A DNA stretch of 63,054 bases from Gammaproteobacteria bacterium RIFCSPLOWO2_12_47_11 (GTDB lineage: Bacteria > Pseudomonadota > Gammaproteobacteria > Eutrophobiales > Eutrophobiaceae). Numbering within the stretch: position 1 is the stretch's first letter; every line of letters starts with the position of its first letter. Both the position numbers and the translations under genes were made by a program. The notes below the pieces were generated by a model. The model did not search any database and was not told the origin of the DNA. It saw only the letters and a list, made by a program, of their open reading frames with translations. The stretch is taken from the NCBI GenBank assembly GCA_001801885.1, contig MGYU01000040.1:1-63054 (forward strand), written 5' to 3'. Positions 1-10,049 of this stretch are shown in pieces.

Positions 1-1839
1 CTGGTCCCTCAGCATGCTCAGGTATTTTACCCCGGCCTGTATGCTGTCGGCCGGATTGGCAAGGTTTCGGGCGCCGATATCTTCAGCTGTTGCAGGCATC
101 ATCTGCATTAATCCTTCCGCCCCTTTAAACGAAATTGCCTGCGGATTAAACCGGCTTTCCTGGTACATTTGCGCAACAATCAGGCGCCAGTCAAAGCTGT
201 ATACTTCGGCATACTTGCGCACCAGATCATCGTAGGGAGACAGTTGGTCAACATGCTGCTGATACCTGTTGCCTGCAGTCCAGCGCTGTGGATGTGCAAT
301 ATATTTGGTGTACAGCGTATTGTAAAACTTGCTGCGATATTCTTCCTTGATGAATTTATTCAGGGCATTAATCAATTGCCCATCTACCGCCCGTACCGCC
401 CAGGCATGCGGTGTGGGTTCGCTTAGCGGGAAATGCGCCTTGATCAGATAATCGCTTGCTACCTCATTATTATATTTATTACTGTCAAGCACAGTCAGGT
501 CGTACATGCCACGCGATACCATGGTTAATGTCGCCTGTGTATCCAGTCCGGACTCAGCAATAACAATATCAAAATCTATACCGCGATCGCGGATCCGCTC
601 CAGCAGGTTACGATAAGGACTTTCAGCAGACAGCGTGATCCGCCTGCCTTCAAGGTCACTTATATCATGTAACGGTTCATCTGATTGCCTGCCGATAATC
701 AGCGGCGCCGAATAATCATATGCTGCTGAAAATTGTATTTGTTTATTTATAATGCTGTTGGTTGGCAATTCAGCGGCGATAATATCACCATCGCCATTCA
801 GTAGTAATTGCCGCATCTCATCATGTGAATTTGCCAGCACAACATCGACGCGCATTTTGTATGTCTTGGCAAATTTCCTGATCAACTCATATTCAAAACC
901 ATGGAACCGGCCATTACTGAAATAATAATTAACCGGGCTCTTGTAAGTAATCAGTCGCAATATTTTGCGTTCAAGCATTCGCGGCAGGTCGTCCAGATGA
1001 ACCTGTGCAATGTTGAACTCAAGATGATGCTTGTTCAGAAACTGGTTCAATGTGGCTTGCAGTTTTTCCGCATTTGCATTGACGGCCCATGCCTTCGGTT
1101 CACCGCCGGCCATATTATAGGCCACGCTTAATTCCGGGTGCTGCGGCAGATAATTTCTCAAAAAGTCACTGTCTGCTATGGTGAGATCATATTGACCCGA
1201 CGCAACACGGGCCATGATCCGTTCCTGCGACAAGGTCTCGGGAATAACTACCAGATCCATGGTCGGGTTGTTGGCCACGAGTTTTTCCATGATCGGCCAT
1301 GCCGGTGAGGATTTTTTCAGTGCTATCTGCCGGGACACAAGATCTGCCAGCGATTCAATCCGGGTGGTATTGGAACGTACGATTACTTGCTGCCGGGAAG
1401 CGACCCAGGGTGAAGTGAAACGGATTTGATTATGCGTGCCTGCTGCTATCGACATACCCTGGCCGATGATGATATCCCCCCGGCCGGCAATCAGCTCCGG
1501 CAACAGGTTCCATTGTGAATCCGACTCTATCCATTCCATGGCCAGATTATGTTCCTGGGCGAACCTTTCCAGCATGAGTCTTTCCACACTGGTTATTGAA
1601 TGAGAGGTTGGGTTTCGCGCGGCATAAAGTATGCGCAATTTGCCGGACTTAACGATGTCATTAAAATCATTCCTGACATACACGGCGTTAGGGGTGTCCT
1701 GTGCGACGGCATGTTCAGCCGTGTTATAAAGTCTCTCATGAAGATAAACACTGGGTGGAATTGTCGTGCCGGAGGTTATGATGGTGATGCTTTCGAGGGC
1801 GCTGACCAGGGCGGGGGCGGTCAGGACAAGGATCGACAT
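1..1839 (-). CDS. mltF: Membrane-bound lytic murein transglycosylase F-like protein, C-terminus beyond the left edge. Two tandem periplasmic solute-binding-like modules are followed by an SLT domain.
   Basis: Absent from the ORF track because it leaves the window. My minus-strand translation from the ATG at 1839 stays open for 613 codons down to nt 1. N-terminus MSILVLTAPALVSA is signal-like (an upstream TTG start is possible). The visible end carries the SLT signature MYQESRFNPQAISFKGAEGLMQMMPATA. Confidence 0.8.
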   Translation of the reverse strand, partial: MSILVLTAPALVSALESITIITSGTTIPPSVYLHERLYNTAEHAVAQDTPNAVYVRNDFNDIVKSGKLRILYAARNPTSHSITSVERLMLERFAQEHNLAMEWIESDSQWNLLPELIAGRGDIIIGQGMSIAAGTHNQIRFTSPWVASRQQVIVRSNTTRIESLADLVSRQIALKKSSPAWPIMEKLVANNPTMDLVVIPETLSQERIMARVASGQYDLTIADSDFLRNYLPQHPELSVAYNMAGGEPKAWAVNANAEKLQATLNQFLNKHHLEFNIAQVHLDDLPRMLERKILRLITYKSPVNYYFSNGRFHGFEYELIRKFAKTYKMRVDVVLANSHDEMRQLLLNGDGDIIAAELPTNSIINKQIQFSAAYDYSAPLIIGRQSDEPLHDISDLEGRRITLSAESPYRNLLERIRDRGIDFDIVIAESGLDTQATLTMVSRGMYDLTVLDSNKYNNEVASDYLIKAHFPLSEPTPHAWAVRAVDGQLINALNKFIKEEYRSKFYNTLYTKYIAHPQRWTAGNRYQQHVDQLSPYDDLVRKYAEVYSFDWRLIVAQMYQESRFNPQAISFKGAEGLMQMMPATAEDIGARNLANPADSIQAGVKYLSMLRDQ

Positions 1840-2168
1840 CAGCCAGGCCACATGCCGGGAGATACCAGATCTGATCAATTTATTTTTCAATAAGTGCAAC
1901 AAACAACATGCCCTCTTTTAAGACCAGCCTGCCTTCTTGCCGACGCTAATATACCTTTTAATCATCCAAACATCTATATATTGGGTAAATAATTTCAATA
2001 AATACTATATATAGTTTATTGCACTGCAATATTGAAGCATAAGCTAACACAGATTATGTTGCGACGCAATAAAATAACGGGGGAATCGGGTTGAATAAAC
2101 CCGTGGCTTTTCGTGACTTAAGACATACCCATGGGCAGATATATCTTTGTTTCGCCCAGAGTATGTAC

Positions 2169-2831
2169 TTACTTTTGAATTTGCTGGCGCAGTTTGTTGA
2201 GTCTCTCCGGGGTACCGATATCCAGCCAGACGCCGTTATATATCTCGCCAGTGACCCGATGACTAGCGACGGCCTGCCTGATTAACGGGGTCAACGGGAA
2301 GACCCCGCCAACCTGCTCCTGGAATAATTCCTTGCGGTATACACCGATCCCGCTGAAGGTATATAACCGGGTTCCGGTATTGGCAAGATAGGTGTCCTGG
2401 ATAGCAAAATCACCGGCGGGATTATGTTCCGGGTTTGCAATCAACACCAGGTGCGCCAGCCCCGGAAGATAGGCCGGCAAGGACTGAAATGGAAAATCCG
2501 TCCAGATATCTGCATTGATGGCGAGAAAAGGATCGTCTCCCAGTAATGGCAGGGCCCGGTAAATACCACCGCCTGTTTCAAGCGGCGTATTACCTTCCGC
2601 TGAATAGTATATGTTGGCGTGGAAACGGCTGCCATCCCCCAGTTGCTTTTCAATCCGGTCACCGAATACCCCATGATTAATGACAATGTTGTTGATCCCG
2701 GCGTGGACCAGGTTTTCAACGTGATACTGGATCAGTGGCTTGCTATTGATGTCCAGCAAGGGCTTGGGCAGGGTGCCGGTTAACGGGCGCATGCGCTCAC
2801 CCCGGCCCGCGGCAAGAATTATGGCGTGCAC
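2169..2831 (-). CDS. murU: N-acetylmuramate alpha-1-phosphate uridylyltransferase-like nucleotidyltransferase
   Basis: 220 aa. N-terminal MHAIILAAGRGERMRPLT..LPKPLL sugar-nucleotidyltransferase signature. Overlaps the upstream kinase gene by 13 nt, as in the Pseudomonas amgK-murU pair. Confidence 0.8.
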   Translation of the reverse strand: MHAIILAAGRGERMRPLTGTLPKPLLDINSKPLIQYHVENLVHAGINNIVINHGVFGDRIEKQLGDGSRFHANIYYSAEGNTPLETGGGIYRALPLLGDDPFLAINADIWTDFPFQSLPAYLPGLAHLVLIANPEHNPAGDFAIQDTYLANTGTRLYTFSGIGVYRKELFQEQVGGVFPLTPLIRQAVASHRVTGEIYNGVWLDIGTPERLNKLRQQIQK

Positions 2832-3814
2832 TTGTTGTTGACCTCGGTCATGACAGGGATAACTTCGGTGGTCAGCAGTTCGATCAGGAATCCCAGTTCG
2901 GGATAGTCCGTTTCCAGATCAACAATATAAGAAAGTGTACGCGGGATGTCCTGCAGAAACCCGGATTTTTTATCGCGATGATAGAGTCGGGCAAAGATAC
3001 CGCTGGCCTTGAGGTGGCGTTGCACACCCATCAGGTCGAACTGTCGCAGAAAACCAGTTTCATCGATTTCCGTTTGATCCAGTTGATAATAAAAGTCCAG
3101 CGCCCATGCATTCACCTTCTCTCTGGGCCATTTGATATAACAGTCTTTCAATAGAGAAACCAGATCATAAGTAACGGGTCCGATAACAGCATCCTGGAAA
3201 TCCAGTATGCCCGGATTGTGTTCCTCACAGATCATCAGATTTCTGGAATGATAATCCCGGTGTACGAATACCCTGGGCTGTGTCAGTGCCGTCTCTTGCA
3301 GGAATTCAAATAATTTATTTAACTCGGCAAGCCGGCCGCCGTTGATTTGAAGTTGCAGGTGCCGTCTGAGCAGCCAGTCTGTGAATAAATCCATCTCCGC
3401 CTGCAACAGGTTTTCGCTGTATACCGGCATGCCGGTTGTATCCGTCCGTTGTTGTATGACCAACAAGGCAGCGAGGGCATCATCGTATAATGCATTTGCG
3501 TTATCATCATTTAACCTGTCAAGATAAAGACTGGAACCGAGATCACTGAGCAATATAAAACCGTTACCAGCATCCACTTCCAGGATTTTGGGCACATTAA
3601 CCCCCGTCGCCAAAAGCCGGTTGGCAATATCGATAAAGGGCTCACACCTTTCCCGCTCCGGCGGGGCATCCATGACAATGAAGGATTGCAGCCCGTACTG
3701 GAGCCGGAAATAACGACGGAAGCTGGCATCTGCAGAGGCAGGCTGCAGCTTGTAATCGTTTATTCCCAGTGATTTACAAATCCAGGTGTGCAGTTGCTCC
3801 AGACGATCTGACAT
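2819..3814 (-). CDS. amgK: Anomeric MurNAc/GlcNAc kinase-like phosphotransferase (APH/choline-kinase fold)
   Basis: 331 aa. Catalytic loop HRDYHSRNLM and metal-binding ILDFQDA. Translationally coupled to murU. Confidence 0.75.
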   Translation of the reverse strand: MSDRLEQLHTWICKSLGINDYKLQPASADASFRRYFRLQYGLQSFIVMDAPPERERCEPFIDIANRLLATGVNVPKILEVDAGNGFILLSDLGSSLYLDRLNDDNANALYDDALAALLVIQQRTDTTGMPVYSENLLQAEMDLFTDWLLRRHLQLQINGGRLAELNKLFEFLQETALTQPRVFVHRDYHSRNLMICEEHNPGILDFQDAVIGPVTYDLVSLLKDCYIKWPREKVNAWALDFYYQLDQTEIDETGFLRQFDLMGVQRHLKASGIFARLYHRDKKSGFLQDIPRTLSYIVDLETDYPELGFLIELLTTEVIPVMTEVNNKCTP

Positions 3815-3967
3815 TGCTGGTTATCCCGTTAAAAGATCAGTTTAATACGGGCACAAAATCCCGATTTAAATGCTATCACTTGTCAGTATTATTGTTTGCG
3901 AATTACCTGTCATCGAACTTCTGCTGCTTTTCTGGCATTATCAATCAAAAACCTGTAAAGCAGAAAC

Positions 3968-4936
3968 ATGATACTTGAATATCTTGGAATTTTGTCAGGG
4001 TTGTTGTTGCTGGTTGTTGGTGCCGACAAGTTTGTTACAGGTGCAGCCAATATCGCCCGTGGACTGGGAATGCCACCTTTACTTATCGGCCTGACCATAG
4101 TCAGTATTGCCACTTCTGCGCCGGAAATCCTGGTGGGTTCAGTGGCCGCACTGGATGGCAAAATTGAGATTGCCATCGGTAATGCCATTGGTTCAAACAT
4201 CGCCAATATCGGCCTGGTATTTGGACTGTCCGTATTGATTATGCCGATTAAAATCGCCTCGGCGACGTTACGCCGGGAATACCTGTTGATGTTTCTGTCT
4301 GCTATTGCGGCCATACTCATCATGCTGGATCATGAACTCAGCCGCCTGGATGCAACTATCCTGTTAATCATACTGGCTGTGTTTATATACTGGATCGTGC
4401 GAATCGCTAAAAAGACCCCTGTGACTGATCCCCTGACCGGAGAATTTGAACAGGAGCTTGCGCAGATCATGCCGTTAAGAAAATCAGTTGTATTTTTCCT
4501 GATGGGTTTGATCCTGATGCTGGCCGGTGCAGAGTTACTGGTACGCTGTTCTGTTGTGGTGGCCCGGGCTTTAGGTATCAGTGACCTGGTTATCGGTCTT
4601 ACCATTATCGCGGTAGGCACCAGTCTGCCCGAGCTGGCTGCTTCAGTAGTGAGTGTTTTTAAAAAAGAAGCAGACATCGCAGTAGGCAATATAGTCGGGT
4701 CGAACATGTTTAATATGCTAGCCGTCATTGGGGTACCGGTACTGATACACCCCTCCGGAATTGGCAATGAGGTATTATTGCGGGATTTCCCGGTCATGGT
4801 AGTCATGACATTATTAATGGGCTGGATGGTCTTTATTCGGGGGGCAGGACGATTTGATCGTATCGAAGGTGGTATTTTACTGCTATGTTTCTTTTTTTAT
4901 CAATATTGGCTGTTTGCACCCCCGGTGGGCAGTTAA
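3968..4936 (+). CDS. yrbG: Calcium/sodium antiporter, CaCA (YrbG) family
   Basis: 322 aa polytopic membrane protein with the two alpha-repeats GNAIGSNIANIGLV and GNIVGSNMFNMLAV. Conserved position upstream of kdsD. Confidence 0.85.
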   Translation: MILEYLGILSGLLLLVVGADKFVTGAANIARGLGMPPLLIGLTIVSIATSAPEILVGSVAALDGKIEIAIGNAIGSNIANIGLVFGLSVLIMPIKIASATLRREYLLMFLSAIAAILIMLDHELSRLDATILLIILAVFIYWIVRIAKKTPVTDPLTGEFEQELAQIMPLRKSVVFFLMGLILMLAGAELLVRCSVVVARALGISDLVIGLTIIAVGTSLPELAASVVSVFKKEADIAVGNIVGSNMFNMLAVIGVPVLIHPSGIGNEVLLRDFPVMVVMTLLMGWMVFIRGAGRFDRIEGGILLLCFFFYQYWLFAPPVGS

Positions 4937-4948
4937 TGGTTTAAATCC

Positions 4949-5941
4949 ATGAGTAAAAATGACTTACAACAGGAACTGCAAAAACTCATCGATCTGGGCA
5001 CAGCCGTAATCAAGATTGAGACTGCCGCTGTCGCGGAACTGGCTGACCGTATCGATAAAAATTTTGCCCGGGCCTGCATGCAGATCCTTGCCTGCAAAGG
5101 ACGCACCGTTGTCATTGGTATGGGCAAATCAGGCCATATCGGCAACAAGATAGCGGCAACACTCGCCAGCACCGGCACACCGGCATTCTTTGTCCATCCT
5201 GGTGAAGCCAGTCATGGTGATCTGGGCATGATCACAAAAGATGATGTAGTGATTGCCTTATCGAATTCCGGCGAAACAGACGAAGTCATTGCACTCCTGC
5301 CGGTTATCAAACGCCTTAACGTTCCACTCATTGCCCTGACTGGCAAACCGGATTCCACTCTGGCCAAGGCAGCAACGGTAAATATTAATGTCAGTGTCAC
5401 ACAGGAAGCCTGTCCACTGGGTCTGGCGCCCACCTCCAGTACGACTGCGGCTTTAGCCATGGGGGATGCACTGGCGATTGCGCTTCTGGAAGCACGTGGC
5501 TTCAGTGCCGATGATTTTGCCCTTGCCCACCCCGGCGGTATGTTGGGACGCCGCCTGTTGTTGCATGTAAATGACATCATGCATACGGGCGCTGATATTC
5601 CAAAGGTTGGCGAATCAACACTGCTGAAAGACACTCTGCTTGAAATGACACAAAAAGGGCTGGGCACAACTGCGGTTGTGGATAGCGGAGATCATGTCAT
5701 TGGTATTTTTACTGATGGCGATGTCCGGCGCACACTCGACAATGGTATTGATATCCATAAAACCAGAATTGGCGATCTCATATCGCGCCGTTTCAAATCC
5801 ATCAGCAAGGATGAACTGGCCGTCACTGCTCTGGCCAGAATGGAGGAATTTAAAATCAATGCACTGCTGGTCACGGATGATCAGAACAAACTGATCGGCA
5901 TTCTTAATATGCATGATCTATTGCGTGCCAGAGTTGTCTGA
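4949..5941 (+). CDS. kdsD: Arabinose-5-phosphate isomerase (SIS domain plus CBS pair)
   Basis: 330 aa. SIS motif VIGMGKSGHIG, a C-terminal CBS pair, and kdsD-kdsC-lptCAB synteny. Confidence 0.9.
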   Translation: MSKNDLQQELQKLIDLGTAVIKIETAAVAELADRIDKNFARACMQILACKGRTVVIGMGKSGHIGNKIAATLASTGTPAFFVHPGEASHGDLGMITKDDVVIALSNSGETDEVIALLPVIKRLNVPLIALTGKPDSTLAKAATVNINVSVTQEACPLGLAPTSSTTAALAMGDALAIALLEARGFSADDFALAHPGGMLGRRLLLHVNDIMHTGADIPKVGESTLLKDTLLEMTQKGLGTTAVVDSGDHVIGIFTDGDVRRTLDNGIDIHKTRIGDLISRRFKSISKDELAVTALARMEEFKINALLVTDDQNKLIGILNMHDLLRARVV

Positions 5942-5945
5942 ATCC

Positions 5946-6470
5946 ATGAATGATGTGATTGAAAAGGCAAAACAGATCAAACTGGTAATATTCGATGTCG
6001 ATGGGGTATTGACCGATGGCGGACTTATCCTTGGCGAGAGCGGCGATGAATATAAAATATTCCATGTGCGTGACGGGCAGGGACTGGTGATGCTGAAAGA
6101 CACGGGGATCAAGATTGCCATCATCACGGCACGCTCGTCCGGAATTGTGGCCGAACGTATGGCTGCTCTGGGCATTGAATATGTCTTCCAGGGCCAGAAT
6201 GACAAGGGTAAGGCAGTCAATGAACTGATGACAAAACTTGAGGTGAGTAATGAACAAACAGCTTATGTGGGCGATGATTTTATCGATCTGCCGGCCATGC
6301 GCCTGGTTGGTCTGTCTATCGCGGTTGCAGATGCACATCCACTTGTAAAGGAACATGCCCACTGGACCACGGCAAACAGGGGTGGCCATAGTGCGGCCCG
6401 GGAAGTCTGTGAACTGATCATGCAGGCACAGGGAACGCTGCAAACCGCAATTCAGCGTTACCTCAGTTGA
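5946..6470 (+). CDS. kdsC: 3-deoxy-D-manno-octulosonate 8-phosphate phosphatase (HAD)
   Basis: HAD motif I, VIFDVDGVLTDG. I moved the start from 5913 to the ATG just after the kdsD stop (MNDVIEKAKQIK). Confidence 0.9.
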   Translation: MNDVIEKAKQIKLVIFDVDGVLTDGGLILGESGDEYKIFHVRDGQGLVMLKDTGIKIAIITARSSGIVAERMAALGIEYVFQGQNDKGKAVNELMTKLEVSNEQTAYVGDDFIDLPAMRLVGLSIAVADAHPLVKEHAHWTTANRGGHSAAREVCELIMQAQGTLQTAIQRYLS

Positions 6471-6542
6471 GCAGATACATTGTATATAACGGTCAGATTG
6501 CCACTATCGTACCAGTCAGACAGGATCCCGCCAGAGTAAAGC

Positions 6543-7112
6543 ATGCCGGCCCGCTGGAAAACCGTGATTATTCTGCTACTGTTGGCATCGGCAAGCGCCT
6601 GGTTGTTGAACAAGCTAACAACTGACGAGTCTACTGTATCATCAGAATTCAGCCATGACCCGGACTATTACATGGAAAACTTTACAACGTGGACCATGGC
6701 CGAGGATGGCAAACCCAGTAATATACTGAATGCTGATTACATGGCGCACTACCCGGACAGCGATACAACGGAATTGACCAATCCCAGGCTTGAGGTCTTC
6801 CGGAAAGACAAACTACCCATCAACATAATTGCAGATAAGGGTTGGGTAACAGATGGCAATGAGGTTATTCTATTGACCGGAAATGTCAGGCTTTGGGAAG
6901 AGGATGCCGGAGGCAATACAGTTATGGAAATCATTACCAGCGATGTAAAAATACTACCCGATCAGGAATACGCTGAAACAGAGAAGCAGGCGAAACTGAC
7001 CCGGGGAGAAATTACCATCAACACCACAGGCATGCGTGCCTGGATGAGAGAAAGCAGACTTGAGTTATTAAACAATGTACACACAATCATACCTCCCGAA
7101 AAATCCAGGTAA
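6543..7112 (+). CDS. lptC: LPS export system protein LptC
   Basis: 189 aa with a single N-terminal membrane anchor (VIILLLLASASAWLL). Lies between kdsC and lptA. Confidence 0.75.
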   Translation: MPARWKTVIILLLLASASAWLLNKLTTDESTVSSEFSHDPDYYMENFTTWTMAEDGKPSNILNADYMAHYPDSDTTELTNPRLEVFRKDKLPINIIADKGWVTDGNEVILLTGNVRLWEEDAGGNTVMEIITSDVKILPDQEYAETEKQAKLTRGEITINTTGMRAWMRESRLELLNNVHTIIPPEKSR

Positions 7113-7632
7113 TTATACACTGCTGATTGCAGCACTTGTATTTTGTAATTCTGCATGGCCCCTGTCCACAGACAAGGACCAGCCCATCGAAATCGAGGCA
7201 AACGCTGCCGAGCTTGATGACCAGAAGGGCGTAACGGTTTATACGGGAAACGTGGTGGTAACCCAGGGCAGCATCCGCATGACGGGAGACAAAATGACGG
7301 TTTATTACACCAAAGATAACGACCTGGATACAGTTATCATGCTTGGCCAACCGGCCACCTACCGGCAATTGCCTGATAAAAGCGAGGTTAATGACGAGGC
7401 CGAAGCATTGCGCATGGAATTCTACAATTTGAAAAACCTGATTGTTCTCATAGATAACGCTCTGGTTACACAGGAAGGACTGCGATTCAGTGGCAGCCGG
7501 ATTGAATATGATACCCAGAACAGCAAAATCAGGGCGCGCGGCGCACCGGATAAATCTGTTACAGAAGATGGTATGCCCGCCCAGGACAGTGGCCGGGTGA
7601 AAATCACTATACAACCCAAGAAAAAAGAATAA
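7075..7632 (+). CDS. lptA: LPS transport periplasmic protein LptA (OstA-like)
   Basis: 185 aa. Signal-like N-terminus, OstA-type beta-jellyroll sequence (DQPIEIEANAAELDDQKGVTVYTGNV). Immediately upstream of lptB. Start uncertain. Confidence 0.8.
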   Translation: MYTQSYLPKNPGNYTLLIAALVFCNSAWPLSTDKDQPIEIEANAAELDDQKGVTVYTGNVVVTQGSIRMTGDKMTVYYTKDNDLDTVIMLGQPATYRQLPDKSEVNDEAEALRMEFYNLKNLIVLIDNALVTQEGLRFSGSRIEYDTQNSKIRARGAPDKSVTEDGMPAQDSGRVKITIQPKKKE

Positions 7633-7710
7633 CAACAAACTGAAGCTCCACTTCAGTTTCTCCTGAGACATTTCTGATCACGTCGTTATACTCAAGACTA
7701 TAATGCGGCC

Positions 7711-8436
7711 ATGAGCGTACTTACCGTCAGACACCTTAAAAAATCATTCCGTGGACGTACGGTAGTAAAAGACGTGAGTCTGACTGTCCATGCCGGCGAG
7801 ATCATTGGTTTGCTGGGACCGAATGGCGCCGGAAAAACGACCAGCTTTCATATGATCGTTGGGCTTATTCCCTGTGACAGCGGCACCATACATATCAATG
7901 AGCTCGAAATAAGCATGTTACAGATGGATAAACGGTCCCTGCTTGGGCTGGGGTATTTGCCCCAGGAAACTTCTATATTCCGTCGGTTGACCGTTGCTGA
8001 AAATATCATGGCCATATTACAGACCCGGACTTATCTTAATGAAGCACAACGGCAGAAGCGCCTGGATGATTTGCTGCGTGAATTTCATGTCAGTCATCTG
8101 CATGATAATCCTGGCACAAGTTTATCGGGGGGTGAAAAACGCCGGGTGGAAATTGCACGGTCACTGGCGTCTGAACCAAAATTTCTCCTGCTGGACGAAC
8201 CATTTGCAGGTATTGATCCAATATCAATCAATGATATACAGCGGATTATAAGTTACCTCAGTCAGCATGGTATCGGTATACTCATTACAGACCATAATGT
8301 ACGTGAGACACTTGGGACTTGCGACCGGGCCTATATCGTTAACGATGGCCGCATTATTGCAAAAGGCACCCCGGATCAGATCCTCGGTAACCAACAGGTC
8401 AGAGAAGTCTATCTGGGAGAGCAGTTCAATCTCTAG
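7711..8436 (+). CDS. lptB: LPS export ABC transporter ATP-binding protein LptB
   Basis: Walker [13 protein letters not shown] signature LSGGEKRR, Walker B LLLDEP. 241 aa. Confidence 0.93.
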   Translation: MSVLTVRHLKKSFRGRTVVKDVSLTVHAGEIIGLLGPNGAGKTTSFHMIVGLIPCDSGTIHINELEISMLQMDKRSLLGLGYLPQETSIFRRLTVAENIMAILQTRTYLNEAQRQKRLDDLLREFHVSHLHDNPGTSLSGGEKRRVEIARSLASEPKFLLLDEPFAGIDPISINDIQRIISYLSQHGIGILITDHNVRETLGTCDRAYIVNDGRIIAKGTPDQILGNQQVREVYLGEQFNL

Positions 8437-8489
8437 GACAGTCCCGGGAATAATACCATTGGGGATTTTTTGGGTTAAAATTAGTATAT

Positions 8490-9998
8490 ATGAAGCCATC
8501 CCTACAATTAAGGACCAGCCAGAATCTGGCCATGACACCACAACTGCAGCAGGCCATCCGTCTGTTACAGTTATCAAGCATGGAGCTGCAAATGGAGGTA
8601 CAACAGGCACTGGAATCCAATATGATGCTGGAGTTGGACGAAGATGATGAAAACAATGAATCCTCCGAACATCAATTTGATGATGCTGCCGCTGTCAATG
8701 TTGCTGCCGATGAAGAAAAGAGCGGTATTGATGCCGATGAAGAAAAGAGCGGTATTGATGCCGATGAAGAAAAGAGCGGTATTGATGCCGATGACATTCC
8801 TGAAGATCTTCCGGTAGACAGTGTCTGGGAAGATATCTACGACAATACCGCAATTTATACACACAACAATAATACTGATTCCGATTATTACGAAAACCAG
8901 GGATTTGAGGAAAACGGTCTACGTAATCACCTCTTATGGCAACTGAATGTCACTCCTGTCACTGAAAAAGACAAGGCCATAGCTGTTTCCATCATTGATG
9001 CGCTTGATGATGATGGTTATCTAAGTTGTGGTCTTGACGATATTCTCGAATCTCTGGGTGATGATATGGATGCCGAAATGGATGAAGTAGAAGCCGTGCT
9101 GCACCTGGTTCAAGCCATGGAACCCGCCGGAGTGGCCGCCAGAGATTTGCACGAATGTCTGTTATTGCAGCTGGAACAATGCAGTCTTTCGACACCGCAT
9201 CTGGCCAAGGCAAAGGAACTGGTCAGCGGGCATCTGCAACTGATGGCATCCCGCGATTTTACTCAATTGATGCGACGCCTGCAGATCAATCAGGACAGCC
9301 TGCAGGAAATTATTGCACTTATCCAGTCCATGAATCCCAGGCCCGGATCGCAAATCCAGACAACACAGACGGAATATGTGGTCCCGGATGTTTATGTAAA
9401 GAAAGAGAGGGGCGTCTGGAAAGTAGAACTTAATACCGATGCCATACCACAACTGAAAATCAACACCAGTTACGCCAATATGATCCGGCGGGCGGACAGC
9501 AGTTCCGATAATATTTCACTCAAGTCTCATTTGCAGGAAGCACGCTGGTTTATCAAAAGTCTGCGGAGCCGGAGCGAAACATTGTTGCGCGTTGCAAGCT
9601 GTATTGTGGAAAAACAGCGCGCCTTTCTGGAGTATGGCGAAGAAGCCATGAAACCACTGGTTCTGCATGATGTGGCTGATCAGCTGGGACTGCATGAATC
9701 CACTATTTCCAGGGTAACTACACGCAAATACATGCATACACCAAGGGGAATATATGAGCTTAAATATTTTTTTTCCAGCCATGTCAATACCGATGAGGGT
9801 GGAGCATGTTCATCAACCGCAATACGTGCGCTGATTAAAAAACTTATCAGTGAAGAGTCTCACAAGAAACCCCTGAGTGACAGCAAGATTGCAAAAATAC
9901 TATCATCACAGGGCATACAGGTAGCACGCCGTACTGTGGCAAAATACCGGGAGGCAATATCCATACCACCGTCAAATGAAAGAAAACGTCTGATATGA
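8490..9998 (+). CDS. rpoN: RNA polymerase sigma-54 factor
   Basis: Region I MKPSLQLRTSQNLAMTPQLQQAIRLLQLS, acidic region II, C-terminal RpoN box ARRTVAKYR. 502 aa. Confidence 0.96.
   Translation: MKPSLQLRTSQNLAMTPQLQQAIRLLQLSSMELQMEVQQALESNMMLELDEDDENNESSEHQFDDAAAVNVAADEEKSGIDADEEKSGIDADEEKSGIDADDIPEDLPVDSVWEDIYDNTAIYTHNNNTDSDYYENQGFEENGLRNHLLWQLNVTPVTEKDKAIAVSIIDALDDDGYLSCGLDDILESLGDDMDAEMDEVEAVLHLVQAMEPAGVAARDLHECLLLQLEQCSLSTPHLAKAKELVSGHLQLMASRDFTQLMRRLQINQDSLQEIIALIQSMNPRPGSQIQTTQTEYVVPDVYVKKERGVWKVELNTDAIPQLKINTSYANMIRRADSSSDNISLKSHLQEARWFIKSLRSRSETLLRVASCIVEKQRAFLEYGEEAMKPLVLHDVADQLGLHESTISRVTTRKYMHTPRGIYELKYFFSSHVNTDEGGACSSTAIRALIKKLISEESHKKPLSDSKIAKILSSQGIQVARRTVAKYREAISIPPSNERKRLI
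8706..8794 (+). repeat. Perfect 27-bp tandem repeat, three full copies plus a partial fourth, inside rpoN region II
   Basis: Unit gccgatgaagaaaagagcggtattgat occurs head to tail three times. The protein reads ADEEKSGID x3, then ADD. Confidence 0.9.
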
Positions 9999-10049
9999 GA
10001 CAAGCATATAAATTATAAACACAATAGATAAACTACTATGGAGCTAACT

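Noticed and set aside
2087-2115. A hairpin, cgggtt-gaata-aacccg, followed by a T-rich tail on the plus strand, considered as a possible terminator or sRNA end.
   Set aside because: Both flanking genes are on the minus strand, the stem is only 6 bp, and there is no plus-strand transcript to terminate. Insufficient support.
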